DNA of 64,000 nt from Longimicrobiales bacterium (GTDB lineage: Bacteria > Gemmatimonadota > Gemmatimonadetes > Longimicrobiales > Gaopeijiaceae), in contig JAWLHJ010000005.1 of assembly GCA_041690395.1 (NCBI GenBank), positions 32,001 through 96,000 on the forward strand. Reading direction: 5' to 3'. Below the pieces are notes generated by a model. It had not been told where the DNA came from. It searched no databases and worked only from the letters and a program-made list of their open reading frames with translations. Shown piece by piece: positions 47,484 through 57,366 of the stretch (its first letter is position 1; every line of letters starts with the position of its first letter). Both the position numbers and the translations under genes were made by a program.

Positions 47484-50400
47484 ATGTCGATCCCACGCTT
47501 CGCGGTCACCCGCCCCGTCACGACCGGGATGATGGTCGTGTCGGTCATCGTCCTGGGCCTCGTGTCGATGGGGATGATCCGGCTCGACATGTTCCCGACG
47601 TTCGAGCGCCCGGTCCTCTCGGTGTCGGTCCCGTATCCGGATGCGTCACCCTCGGAGGTCGAGCGGCGGATCGTGCGGCCTCTGGAGGAGGCGCTCGGGA
47701 CGGTGAGGGAGCTCGACGTCATTCGCTCGACGGCGTCGCAGAATCAGGGACGAGTCGAGCTCGAGTTCGAGCCTGGGACGGACATGGATCTGGCGTCGCT
47801 CGAGGTCCGCGAGCGGCTCTCGCAGGTGCGCGGCGAGCTACCCGCCGACGTCCAGCGCGTTCAGCTCCGGCGGTTCTCCTCGGACGAGCAGCCCGTGCTG
47901 AGGGCCGCGATCTCGTGGGACGGCGATCCCGCCCGCCTCTCCGAGCTGGTCGAGAAGCGGATCTCGCCCGCGCTGCTCCAGGTGCCGGGCGTCGCGCAGG
48001 TCGACGTCCAGGGGCTCGAGGAGCGCGAGGTCACCATCGAGCTCGATCAGGACCGGATGCGCGCTCAGGGCGTGACGATCGCGATGATCGGCCAAGCGCT
48101 CAGCAGGGGAAACCAGGACTACTCGGTCGGCGAAGTAGAGCTCGGCGGCACGCGCTTCCAGGTGCGCGCCGTGGGCCAGCTGTCGTCGGTCGACCAGATG
48201 GAGCGGCTCCCGATCGGCAACGGCGGGGTGCGCCTCGCCGATGTGGCGACCGTCACCTACGACTTTCCCGAGCGCGACTTCTTCTACCGGATGAACGGGA
48301 TGACCGCTCGTCAGGTGGAGATCTACAAGGAGTCCGACGCGAACATCGTCGAGGTGGCGACCGCGGTGAAGGCATCCCTCGAGGAGCTGGTCGACGATCC
48401 GGGCCTGGAGGGGATCGGCTTCCGAACGTGGCAGGACCAGTCCGAGGGGATCCTGGAGGTGCTCGGTCTCCTGGCGGGCGCCGGCGCGAGCGGCGGCGCG
48501 CTCGCGGTCTTCATGCTGATCGTCTTCCTCAGGCGCGTGACGCCGACGCTCATCGTGGCCGCGGCCATTCCGGTCTCGCTCATCTTCACGGTCGCGATCC
48601 TGTACATCACGGGCGACTCGCTCAACATCATCACCCTGTCGGGACTCATGCTCGCCGTGGGGATGTTGATCGACAACGCGGTCGTGGTGGTGGAGAACAT
48701 CTTCCGCCACCGGGAGATGGGATCCGATCCGGAGCAGGCGGCCGTCGAGGGCGCGAGCGAGGTGGGACTCGCGATCTTCTCCGGGACGATGACCACCATC
48801 GTGGTCTTCGCGCCGCTCTTCTTCCTGCCCCCGAACCAGATGGGCACGCAGTTCAGGGCGTTCGGTTCGAGCATCTCGTTCACGATGATCGCGTCGCTGG
48901 GCGTCGCCTTCACGCTCGTTCCACTACTGGCCGTGCGCCTCATCCGGGGCGAGATGCCCGCGCCGGGCCGGATGATGGTCGCGCTCAACGGATGGTACCG
49001 GGCGCTGCTCGACCGGGTGCTCGATCACCGGTGGGCCACCGCGGCGTTCGCGACCGCGCTGTTCGTCGGAGGCGGCTGGATCCTGGCGGAGCTGCCGCGC
49101 GAGCTCATGCCGGAAGAGGACAACCGCTTCATCCGCATGGGCATCACCACCCCTCGGGGCCTGTCGTTCGAGGAGCGCAGCGAGATCTTCGCGCAGGCCG
49201 AGGGCATCCTGCTCGATCGCCAGGAGGAGTTCGAGATCGAGACCGTCTCGTCGTTCTCCCGGCGCGACTTCGCGTCGATCTTCATGACGCTCGCTCCGTT
49301 CTCGGAGGGCGGTCAGAAGTCGACCGCGCAGATCTCGGAGGAGATCCAGGCCGCCATGCCCGTGATCGCCGGTGTGGAGTGGAACCAGCGTCGCGGCTTC
49401 GGACGGGGCGCGGGCGTCGAGATCCGGCTCATCGGCGAGAGCACGAGCGAGCTCGAACGCCTGGCGGAGTCCGTCGAGCTGATGCTCGAGTCGAGCATCG
49501 ACGGGCTCCAGAGCGTCGAGAACTCACTGGCTTCCGGCAACGAGGAAGTGCGCGTGCGGGTCGACCGGCGGGCCGCCGAGCGCCAGGGCCTGACGTCGGA
49601 GCAGGTGGCGCGCGCCGTCTCCGGAGCGCTCCGCGGCGAGGTCGCCACGCGCTTCCGCTCGGGCGACAACGAGGTCGACGTGCTCATGCAGCTCCGCGAC
49701 GAGAACCGGGTCTCGATCGCTCAGATGGGGAACCTCGCGGTGGGCTCCGTCGACGGGACGAGCGTGCCGCTGGGTACGGTGGCCGACATCCAGGTCGTGG
49801 GTGGGCCGCAGGACATCAGGCGCGAGAACCGCCAAACGTCGGTGAGTGTGTCCGCCGAGCTCCAGTCCGGTGTCGTTCGTGAGCAGGTGATCGGCGAGGT
49901 CCAGGCGGCCATGGCGGACTTCGACCTTCCCCCGGGATACCGGTGGGACCTCGGCCGGGGGTTCGCCGAAGAGCAGGAGCAGTTCGGAGACATGATGATG
50001 GCGGGCCTTCTGGCGCTCGTCCTCATCTACATCATCCTGGCGGCCCTGTTCGAGAGCCTCCTATTACCGCTCATCATCTACTTCTCGATCTTCTTCGCGG
50101 TACCCGGCCTCGGGCTCATCTTCGTCCTCACCGGCTCGACGTTCTCGATCCTGTCGTTCCTCGGCGTGCTGATCACCGTCGGGATCGTCGTGAACAACTC
50201 GATCGTCATGATCGACCTGGTGAACCAGCTCCGGGCCAGCGGTCAGGACCGCCGCTCGGCGCTGCTCGAGGGGTGCACCGCGCGGCTCCGCCCGATCCTG
50301 ATGACGAGCCTGACCACGCTGCTCGGCCTGGTGCCGATGGCGTTCTGGGCGACCGAGGGGATGGGCCAGATGTTCTCGCCCATCGGACAGGCCGTGATCG

Positions 50401-50576
50401 GGGGGCTGACCACTTCGACCCTCATGACGCTGGCGCTGACACCCACGCTCTACGCCTGGTTCGACGACATCGGGCTGTGGTTGACCGCCTTCCGGCGCCG
50501 GACGCTGGAAGTGGCGCTCGGCGACCGGGGCAGGGCCGCCGAGGAGGCGCTCGTGGCGCGGGAGGCGCAGGGATAG
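47484..50576 (+). CDS. RND efflux permease, subunit 2
   Basis: RPVTT, GMLIDNAVVVVEN, GIVVNNSIV and RLRPILMT. Confidence 0.95.
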   Translation: MSIPRFAVTRPVTTGMMVVSVIVLGLVSMGMIRLDMFPTFERPVLSVSVPYPDASPSEVERRIVRPLEEALGTVRELDVIRSTASQNQGRVELEFEPGTDMDLASLEVRERLSQVRGELPADVQRVQLRRFSSDEQPVLRAAISWDGDPARLSELVEKRISPALLQVPGVAQVDVQGLEEREVTIELDQDRMRAQGVTIAMIGQALSRGNQDYSVGEVELGGTRFQVRAVGQLSSVDQMERLPIGNGGVRLADVATVTYDFPERDFFYRMNGMTARQVEIYKESDANIVEVATAVKASLEELVDDPGLEGIGFRTWQDQSEGILEVLGLLAGAGASGGALAVFMLIVFLRRVTPTLIVAAAIPVSLIFTVAILYITGDSLNIITLSGLMLAVGMLIDNAVVVVENIFRHREMGSDPEQAAVEGASEVGLAIFSGTMTTIVVFAPLFFLPPNQMGTQFRAFGSSISFTMIASLGVAFTLVPLLAVRLIRGEMPAPGRMMVALNGWYRALLDRVLDHRWATAAFATALFVGGGWILAELPRELMPEEDNRFIRMGITTPRGLSFEERSEIFAQAEGILLDRQEEFEIETVSSFSRRDFASIFMTLAPFSEGGQKSTAQISEEIQAAMPVIAGVEWNQRRGFGRGAGVEIRLIGESTSELERLAESVELMLESSIDGLQSVENSLASGNEEVRVRVDRRAAERQGLTSEQVARAVSGALRGEVATRFRSGDNEVDVLMQLRDENRVSIAQMGNLAVGSVDGTSVPLGTVADIQVVGGPQDIRRENRQTSVSVSAELQSGVVREQVIGEVQAAMADFDLPPGYRWDLGRGFAEEQEQFGDMMMAGLLALVLIYIILAALFESLLLPLIIYFSIFFAVPGLGLIFVLTGSTFSILSFLGVLITVGIVVNNSIVMIDLVNQLRASGQDRRSALLEGCTARLRPILMTSLTTLLGLVPMAFWATEGMGQMFSPIGQAVIGGLTTSTLMTLALTPTLYAWFDDIGLWLTAFRRRTLEVALGDRGRAAEEALVAREAQG

Positions 50577-50591
50577 CTCTCGCCCGAGCCG

Positions 50592-51980
50592 CTACTCCAG
50601 CTTCCGGTACAGCGTCCGGCGTCCGATACCGAGAAGAGCGGCGGCGCGACGTTTGTTGCCGTCCACGCGCTCGAGCACATGCTCGACGTACCGGCGCTCG
50701 AGCTCCTGTAGCGTCATGATCTCGTCCTGGCTCACGAGCCTGGCCGCGGCACCGAGCGACGCGGCCGCTCCGGGCTCGTCCCCGTTCTCCCTCGAGGGGC
50801 TCCGCACACGTGCCGGCAGGTGGCGCGGCTCCAGACGGGGGCCTTCACAGAACGTGACCGCGCGCTCGACCAGGTTCTCGAGCTCCCGCACGTTCCCGGG
50901 GAATCGGTAGGCGCGTAGGGTCTCCAGGAACGGAGCCCCGAGTTCGGGCGGTGTCCGGTCGAGGCGCACCGCGTGCCTCTGGACGAATCGGGCCGCGAGG
51001 AGGTCGATGTCACCGGTCCGCTCCCGCAGGGGCGGAAGCGATAGACGGAACGTCTCGAGGCGGTAGTACAGGTCGTGCCGAATGCTTCCCTCTTCCTGAT
51101 CCCCGTCGTCGCTGAGATCGCGGTGCGTGGCGGCGATCACCCGAACGTCGACCGGCGTGCTCCGGTCGCTGCCCACCGGCCGCACCTCCCCCTCCTGCAA
51201 CACGCGGAGCAGCTTCGCTTGGAGGCCCTGGGGCATCTCCCCGATCTCGTCCAGGAGAAGCGTGCCTCCGTCCGCCTCCTGGAACAGACCCGCGCGGCTG
51301 GAGGTCGCCCCCGTGAAGGCGCCCTTCACGTGTCCGAAGAACTCGCTCTCCAACAGCGATTCCGGGATCCCCGCGCAGTTCACGGCCAGAAACGGCTTGC
51401 CCTTCCGGGAGCTCTCGGCGTGGATGGCCCGGGCGGCGAGTTCCTTCCCGGTCCCGCTCTCGCCCTGTAGCAGGACGGGGCCCTGACCGCGCGCGATCCT
51501 CTTCAGGTCGTGGAAGAGCTCGGTCATCACGGGACTGCGCCCGACCATGCCGTGGAAGTCGGGCGCGCCCATCGCCTCCCGGTAGCGCAGGAGCTCGTCC
51601 TTGAGTCGCCTGGTCTCGAGGACCCGGGCGACACGGACCGACAGGTGGTCGAGGTCGAGCGGCTTGGTCAGGAAGTCGTCCGCTCCTTCCTTGAGCGCCC
51701 GAACCGCCTGGTCGATCGTGCCGAACGCGGTGATCACGATGAAGGCGGGTGGGTGCTCCATGGAGCGCGTGCGCTCGAGCAGCTCGAGGCCGTTCGCTCC
51801 GGGGAGCCGAAGGTCGCTCACGACGAGGTCGACCCGGGTGCCGGCGAGGGTCTCGACGGCCGCTTCGGCCGATCCCGCAGTCAGCACGGTCGCGCCGTCG
51901 TCCTCGAGCTCGTCCTTCAGGAGGCTGCGGAGCGCTTCTTCGTCTTCCACGACCAGAACCGTTGCCACGTCACGCCTCAT
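50592..51980 (-). CDS. Sigma54-dependent response regulator (NtrC family: REC-AAA+-Fis HTH)
   Basis: REC, GESGTGKE, GAFTGA, LLDEIGE, FPGNVRELEN and AALLGIGRRTLYRKL. Confidence 0.95.
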   Translation of the reverse strand: MRRDVATVLVVEDEEALRSLLKDELEDDGATVLTAGSAEAAVETLAGTRVDLVVSDLRLPGANGLELLERTRSMEHPPAFIVITAFGTIDQAVRALKEGADDFLTKPLDLDHLSVRVARVLETRRLKDELLRYREAMGAPDFHGMVGRSPVMTELFHDLKRIARGQGPVLLQGESGTGKELAARAIHAESSRKGKPFLAVNCAGIPESLLESEFFGHVKGAFTGATSSRAGLFQEADGGTLLLDEIGEMPQGLQAKLLRVLQEGEVRPVGSDRSTPVDVRVIAATHRDLSDDGDQEEGSIRHDLYYRLETFRLSLPPLRERTGDIDLLAARFVQRHAVRLDRTPPELGAPFLETLRAYRFPGNVRELENLVERAVTFCEGPRLEPRHLPARVRSPSRENGDEPGAAASLGAAARLVSQDEIMTLQELERRYVEHVLERVDGNKRRAAALLGIGRRTLYRKLE

Positions 51981-53421
51981 CGGATGCCTCGGTCGCGAGT
52001 GGGAAGCGGACGGTGAAGCGCGCGCCGCCCAGGGGAGAGCGGTCCACTTCGATGCCGCCGCCGTGCTTCTCGACGATCCCGTGGACGACCGCGAGGCCGA
52101 GCCCGGAGCCTTCGCCGGATGGCTTGGTCGTGTAGAACGGCTCGAAGACCCGCGAGCGAACCTCGTCGGGGATGCCCGGACCGTCGTCCTCCACGATAAG
52201 CTCCGCGTGCTCGGCCGTGACTCGTTGAGAGATGCGCACCCGCCCGCCCGGACTGGCCTGACAGCCGTTGCGCACCAGGTTGGTGATCGCTTCCTCGACG
52301 CGGCGAGCTTCGAGAGGGAGGGTGCCTGCGTTCCGTCCCCGATCGAACTCCACGACGGTCCCGGTCCGGGTCGCCACTTCACTGGCGGCGGCGACCGCCC
52401 CGTCCACCAGGTCGGCCAGCGAGGCATCTCGCCTCCGTCCGGGCTCGGACCGACCGAAGTCCATGAGCTGGCGGATGATGGCCTCCATACGACGCACCTG
52501 CGCCCGGATGGTCGCGAGTGCTCCGTGCGTGTGCTCTCCCTCGTCGTAGTCGCGGAGTAGCCGCTGCGCCTGACCGTCGACCACACTCAGCGGCGAGCCG
52601 AGCTCGTGAGCGACGCCGGACGCCAGCTCTCCGACCGCGGCGAGCTTCTCGGCGCCCGCGAGTCGGGCCTGCAGGGCGTGCTCCGTGCGACGGCGCTCGT
52701 CGAGCTCGTCCGCGGCCTCCTCCAGCCGATCCAACATGGCGTTGAAGCTGCGCGCGAGCGCGGCGAGCTCGGACGGGCCCGACGGATCGGCCCGGTGGCC
52801 GGTCTGGCCCGATCCGACGCGGGTCATGCTCTCGTTCAGCCGGCTCAGCGGACCTCCGACTGCCGCACGGTGCCCCCGCAGCACGAGAAGGGAGACCACG
52901 GCCATCCCGAACAGGAGAAGTGCCCCCGCGCGGAGCCGAAGCCCCGTGATGTACTCCTCGAAGTCGCTCTGCCTCCGTGTAACCTGGAGGAGGCCGAGGC
53001 CTTGTCCCCACTGGTCCGTGAGTGGGACGAACGAGGAGTAGACGCGGCGTCCCGCCAGCGAGCCGAACTCGCCGGTTCGGTCTCCGACGGCGACCAATTC
53101 GTCGATGCCTTCGGGGGGACCGTCGGGATCGGCTCCTCCGAACGAGGAGACGATCTCGCCGTCCGGTCCGTACACGTAGGCCCCATAGACCCGCCCGATA
53201 CTCAGCGCCGATCGGAGCGCCTCCGACACGGTGCCGGGGCGGTCACGCTCCATGGCGTGGACCAGGGGGAGTCGGAGCGCCCTGGCGACGAGCTCCACGT
53301 CGTCCTTGAGGCGCCGCTCGGCCTCGGTCTCGATCGTGTGGAGCAGCCAGAAGATCGAGCCGCCGAGCGCGAGGAACAGCGGTATCAGGACCCTCAACAC
53401 CAAAGCGGTGCGTAAGCTCAT
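51970..53421 (-). CDS. HAMP-domain sensor histidine kinase, cognate of the NtrC-family regulator
   Basis: TM-periplasmic-TM, HAMP, GVAHELGSPL, DDGPGI, FEPFYTTK and GSGLGL. Confidence 0.93.
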   Translation of the reverse strand: MSLRTALVLRVLIPLFLALGGSIFWLLHTIETEAERRLKDDVELVARALRLPLVHAMERDRPGTVSEALRSALSIGRVYGAYVYGPDGEIVSSFGGADPDGPPEGIDELVAVGDRTGEFGSLAGRRVYSSFVPLTDQWGQGLGLLQVTRRQSDFEEYITGLRLRAGALLLFGMAVVSLLVLRGHRAAVGGPLSRLNESMTRVGSGQTGHRADPSGPSELAALARSFNAMLDRLEEAADELDERRRTEHALQARLAGAEKLAAVGELASGVAHELGSPLSVVDGQAQRLLRDYDEGEHTHGALATIRAQVRRMEAIIRQLMDFGRSEPGRRRDASLADLVDGAVAAASEVATRTGTVVEFDRGRNAGTLPLEARRVEEAITNLVRNGCQASPGGRVRISQRVTAEHAELIVEDDGPGIPDEVRSRVFEPFYTTKPSGEGSGLGLAVVHGIVEKHGGGIEVDRSPLGGARFTVRFPLATEASDEA

Positions 53422-53452
53422 CGCGATCCCTTCGTTTTGGTCAATCCTCGCT

Positions 53453-53484
53453 CCTCATTATGGCGCATGTGTCATTGTGGCACA
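53453..53484 (+). promoter_or_regulatory. Putative enhancer (UAS) for the NtrC-family activator
   Basis: Near-palindrome TGTGTCATTGTGGCACA (53468-53484), preceded by a degenerate tandem copy CCTCATTATGGCGCA. About 115 bp upstream of a sigma54 promoter. Confidence 0.6.
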
Positions 53485-53595
53485 ACATGGGGGTCCATTT
53501 CGAGTCGTCGATGGGGACTCGGCCACGGGCCACCACCCCTGAACCCCCCGGCATGACTGGGCTACCGGCGATCCGGAGGACGAACGAGCAGCCGC

Positions 53596-53611
53596 CGGAA
53601 CGGCCGTTGCA
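53596..53611 (+). promoter_or_regulatory. Sigma54 (-24/-12) promoter
   Basis: CGGAACGGCCGTTGCA, which is GG-N10-GC with TTGCA. Confidence 0.75.
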
Positions 53612-53655
53612 TGGAAGTGGGGCACGACCACGTCCGATCATCCAACGGAGACGAC

Positions 53656-54012
53656 ATGAACACCCTGACACAGCGTTTCGCGGGCATGACCCTCGCCCTC
53701 TTGATGGCTCTTGTTCCCGCCCAGATCACGGCCCAGGAGGCTCCCGACCGCGCCGAGCTCGAGACCTTCGCCGAGGCCTACGTCGAGATCGGGGAAGTTC
53801 GGGCCGAGATGAGCCCGGCGCTCGCCGCCGCGGAGACCGCCGAGGAGGCCAACGCCCTTCAGGAGCAGGCCAACGACCGCATGATGTCGATCCTCGAGGA
53901 GAACGACATGACCGTGGATCGGTACAGCGCGATCACGAACATCCTCAACTCCGATGAGGAGCTGCGTGCCGAGTTCGAAGAGATCTACGCCGAGCTGACC
54001 GGCACCATGTGA
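53656..54012 (+). CDS. Small exported acidic helical protein, DUF4168-like
   Basis: Signal peptide, ELETFAEAYVEI, ILEENDMTVDRYSAI and DEELRAEF. GGAG RBS. Confidence 0.78.
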   Translation: MNTLTQRFAGMTLALLMALVPAQITAQEAPDRAELETFAEAYVEIGEVRAEMSPALAAAETAEEANALQEQANDRMMSILEENDMTVDRYSAITNILNSDEELRAEFEEIYAELTGTM

Positions 54013-54034
54013 CGCATGGCATCGGCAGGAAGGA

Positions 54035-54078
54035 CGAAGGCCCGGTCGGCGAAACCGCCGACCGGGCCTTCGCGTTTC
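54035..54078 (+). terminator. Intrinsic terminator hairpin
   Basis: Perfect 17-bp stem CGAAGGCCCGGTCGGCG-AAAC-CGCCGACCGGGCCTTCG, followed by a short T tract. Confidence 0.75.
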
Positions 54079-54087
54079 CACGCATGC

Positions 54088-54146
54088 TTGACAGCGTGCG
54101 AGCCCGACCTTTAATTGCCCGGACGGGATTGAAAATCATTCTCATC
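54088..54146 (+). promoter_or_regulatory. Sigma70 promoter plus Fur-box-like operator
   Basis: TTGACA (54088-54093), N16, TTTAAT. A 7-1-7 TGAAAAT-C-ATTCTCA lies at 54130-54144. Confidence 0.72.
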
Positions 54147-54169
54147 CATACAATTCAGGTCGAGCATCC

Positions 54170-56638
54170 ATGCAAGCGTCCAAGCGATTCAGGCACCTCC
54201 TGGCCACAGTCGCGGTCATCCTCGGCGTCGGCGTGTCTCCCGCGCTCGCGCAGGATTACGGAGTCATCAGTGGAACGGTACGGAGCGTCGAAGGCGGAGC
54301 GCCGCTCGCAGGCGTCAGCGTGGAGCTGGCCGAAGCGGGACGTACCGCGCTCTCCGACGAGACCGGTCGCTTTCTCTTCAACCGGGTTCCGGCGGGCACG
54401 TATTCATTGCGCTTCCACGTGATCGGCAGGTCCGTGCTCGAGCGGACCGTCGACGTGCGGGGCAACGCGGTCGCTCGCCCCGAGATCGCGCTGGATGCCG
54501 CGCCCGTGGACATCGACCCACTCCTGGTCCTGCTGGGGCGCACGCGTCTCTCCGAGGGGATCGACCGGAGCCGGGTGCCCGGCTCGGTCCACGTCATCGG
54601 GCCGCGCTCGCTCCAGGAGCGTCCGGTCGTCTACGACGACGTGCACGCGCTCCTGCGTGAGGTCCCGGGTGTGAACGTACAGGAGGAGGAAGGCTACGGA
54701 CTTCGGCCGAACATCGGGTTCCGGGGGACCGGGGTCGAGCGGAGCTCGAAGATCACGCTCATGGAGGACGGCGTGCTCATCGCGCCGGCCCCGTATGCCG
54801 CGCCGGCCGCCTACTACTTCCCGCTCGCCGGGCGCATGAGCGCGATCGAGGTGCGGAAGGGTTCCAGCCAGATCCGGTACGGCCCGTCCACGATCGGCGG
54901 CGCGCTCAACATGGTGTCCACGCCGATCCCGAACCGCTTTTCCGTCCTGGTCGACGGCTCGGGCGGTAGCAACGACACCCGGAAGGTCCGCGCCCGCGTC
55001 GGTGACGCAGCCGAGAACTACGGCTGGATGTTCGAGACCTATCAGTCGCGCTCGGACGGCTTCAAGGAGCTGGACTTCGGGGGCAACACCGGCTTCGACC
55101 TCCAGGACTACGTGGGGAAGATCCGGCTCAACACGTCGCTCGACGCGCGCACGTACCAGGAAGTCGAGCTCAAGCTCGGATACTACGATCAGCGCTCCGA
55201 CGAGACGTACCTCGGCCTGACGGAGGACGACTTCGCGTCGACGCCGTTCCGCCGGTACGCCGGGTCGCAGCAGGACGTCATGAACGCCGACCACCAGCAG
55301 ATCCAGCTGCGGCACTTCGTTCAGTTCCCCGCCGGTGTCGACGTGACCACCACGCTGTACCAGAACGACTTCGCGCGGAACTGGTACAAGCTCGGATCCG
55401 TCGACGGCGCCTCCATCGGCGGTGTGCTGGCCGACCCGGACGCGTACCCGACCGAGCTGGGCTACCTGCGCGGGACCGAGGACGGCGTGGGCGTGCTGTC
55501 GGTCCGTGCGAACAACCGCGAGTACACGTCGCGGGGTGTGCAGTCGCAGATGGGTGTCACGTTCGGTGACGACGTGCGTCATGATCTCGAGCTCGGCGTC
55601 CGGTATCACGAGGACGACGAGGACCGGTTCCAGCAGGACGACCAGTACTCGATCTTCAATGGGCGGATGTCCCTCGAGACGGCGGGCGCGCCCGGAAGCC
55701 AGGCGAACCGGGTGAGCTCGGCGTCGGCGTGGGCGTTCCACCTCATGGACCGGATCGAGATGGGCCCACTGACGCTGGCTCCCGGCGTGCGTTACGAGAC
55801 CATCGATTTCGAGCGCCTCGACTACGCGGCCGGCGACTCCCAGCGGACCGCACCCACCGGGGAGCGGACGAACTCCATGTCGGCCTGGATTCCCGGCGTC
55901 GGAGCGCTCTACGACGTGACGTCGGAGCTGCAGGTGTACGGCGGCGTGCATCGGGGCTTCGGGCCGGCCGGCCCGGGCGCGGATGAGGCCACCGAGCCGG
56001 AGTCCAGCGTGAACTACGAGCTCGGCATCCGGTCGCTCCGGCCGGGAAGCTCGTTCGAGGTCACCGGCTTCTTCAGCGACTACGAGAACATTCTCGGTAC
56101 GGCGACGCTGGCTGTCGGTGGCGGTGGAGACAACGAGGTGTTCAACGGGGGTGCGGTCCGCACGCTCGGCCTCGAGCTCGCCGCCGCCCGCGACGTCGAG
56201 GTGGGCGCCGACGGAGCCTGGCGCCTGCCGCTCCGTGCGACGTATACGCTGACGCAGGCCACCTTCCAGTCCGGGTTCGAGAGCGACTTCGGTCCCTGGG
56301 GCACGGTGGAGGTGGGGGATCACCTTCCCTACCTGCCGACGCATCAGTTCTTCACGTCGGCCGGCCTCGAGGGCGGTCCGTGGAGCGCGCGCCTCACCGC
56401 TTCCGGGACGTCGGCCATGCGGACGAGCGCGGGCCAGGGTGACATGGACGATGCGCTGAGCACCGACGCCTACGTGGTCCTGGGCGCAGGGGTCGAGTAC
56501 GAGGTGAGCAACGGCGCCACCGTGCACGCGGCGGTGGAGAACATCGGGGACGCCCGCTATGTGGTGGCCCGCCGTCCGGCGGGGCTGCGCCCCGGCCTCC
56601 CGCGGACCCTCTCGCTGGGGATTCGCGTGATGCGCTGA
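54170..56638 (+). CDS. TonB-dependent receptor, FecA-like iron transporter
   Basis: Signal peptide, an N-terminal beta-sandwich, plug VPGVNVQEEEGYGLRPNIGFRG and EDGVLIAPAPY, and a C-terminal RPGLPRT. Confidence 0.9.
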   Translation: MQASKRFRHLLATVAVILGVGVSPALAQDYGVISGTVRSVEGGAPLAGVSVELAEAGRTALSDETGRFLFNRVPAGTYSLRFHVIGRSVLERTVDVRGNAVARPEIALDAAPVDIDPLLVLLGRTRLSEGIDRSRVPGSVHVIGPRSLQERPVVYDDVHALLREVPGVNVQEEEGYGLRPNIGFRGTGVERSSKITLMEDGVLIAPAPYAAPAAYYFPLAGRMSAIEVRKGSSQIRYGPSTIGGALNMVSTPIPNRFSVLVDGSGGSNDTRKVRARVGDAAENYGWMFETYQSRSDGFKELDFGGNTGFDLQDYVGKIRLNTSLDARTYQEVELKLGYYDQRSDETYLGLTEDDFASTPFRRYAGSQQDVMNADHQQIQLRHFVQFPAGVDVTTTLYQNDFARNWYKLGSVDGASIGGVLADPDAYPTELGYLRGTEDGVGVLSVRANNREYTSRGVQSQMGVTFGDDVRHDLELGVRYHEDDEDRFQQDDQYSIFNGRMSLETAGAPGSQANRVSSASAWAFHLMDRIEMGPLTLAPGVRYETIDFERLDYAAGDSQRTAPTGERTNSMSAWIPGVGALYDVTSELQVYGGVHRGFGPAGPGADEATEPESSVNYELGIRSLRPGSSFEVTGFFSDYENILGTATLAVGGGGDNEVFNGGAVRTLGLELAAARDVEVGADGAWRLPLRATYTLTQATFQSGFESDFGPWGTVEVGDHLPYLPTHQFFTSAGLEGGPWSARLTASGTSAMRTSAGQGDMDDALSTDAYVVLGAGVEYEVSNGATVHAAVENIGDARYVVARRPAGLRPGLPRTLSLGIRVMR

Positions 56639-56842
56639 GGCCGGGCGCTCTGTCGCTCTGGAGCCCCCGGGGGCGGGCCGCGGTTCGGCGGTCACGCTTC
56701 CGGGGGCTCGCGCGTTTCCGTGGGGCGTGTTCCGGGTGCCGCACTGCGTGCCGAGGGCCGTGGCGCTCGACCCGGACACGCGCGCGAACCCGTCCGTTCC
56801 CCGCGGGTAGCACCGCCGTCACCGACCTCCACCCGGAATCCC

Positions 56843-57316
56843 ATGCCGCGCTCACTCCGTCCCATGCTCGTGCTGGTCGCCCTCGGGCTGTCCGTCGGGT
56901 GCTATCACTACGTCCCCCTGGCCGAGCCCGCCCCGGCCATGACGGAGGGGACGCCCGTGCGCGTCCATCTCGGCACGCCCAGGAGCTTCGACGTGGCCGG
57001 CTTCACCGCGCACGATGTGCACCGGGTCGACGGTTCGGTGATCAGTCGCGACCGGGGGGAGTGGGTCGTCGCCGCGCAGGCGCTCCACGCCGCCGGCGGC
57101 AACCGGTTCGACGCGGCGGCCTACGCGCTGACGATTCCCGCCAGCGCGGTATCCAGCGCCGAGGTACGGACCGTCTCGTGGTGGCGCACCGCGGTGTCCG
57201 CGGTCGCCGCGGGCGTCGGCATCTTCCTGGCCTCCGAGGCGATGCAGGGGACCAGCTCGAGCGGTGACGGCGGCGGTGGCGGTGATCCTCCTCGGTCGGT
57301 CGTGCCGGGGGGTTGA
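56843..57316 (+). CDS. Hypothetical lipoprotein with a C-terminal membrane helix
   Basis: Lipobox SVGC-YHYVP, a beta-rich core, the helix SWWRTAVSAVAAGVGIFL and a Gly-rich tail. Confidence 0.7.
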   Translation: MPRSLRPMLVLVALGLSVGCYHYVPLAEPAPAMTEGTPVRVHLGTPRSFDVAGFTAHDVHRVDGSVISRDRGEWVVAAQALHAAGGNRFDAAAYALTIPASAVSSAEVRTVSWWRTAVSAVAAGVGIFLASEAMQGTSSSGDGGGGGDPPRSVVPGG

Positions 57317-57366
57317 GCACCCGCGGCTGGACGGTCGACGGAGGAGGCCGCGCTCAGGTGCGACTT

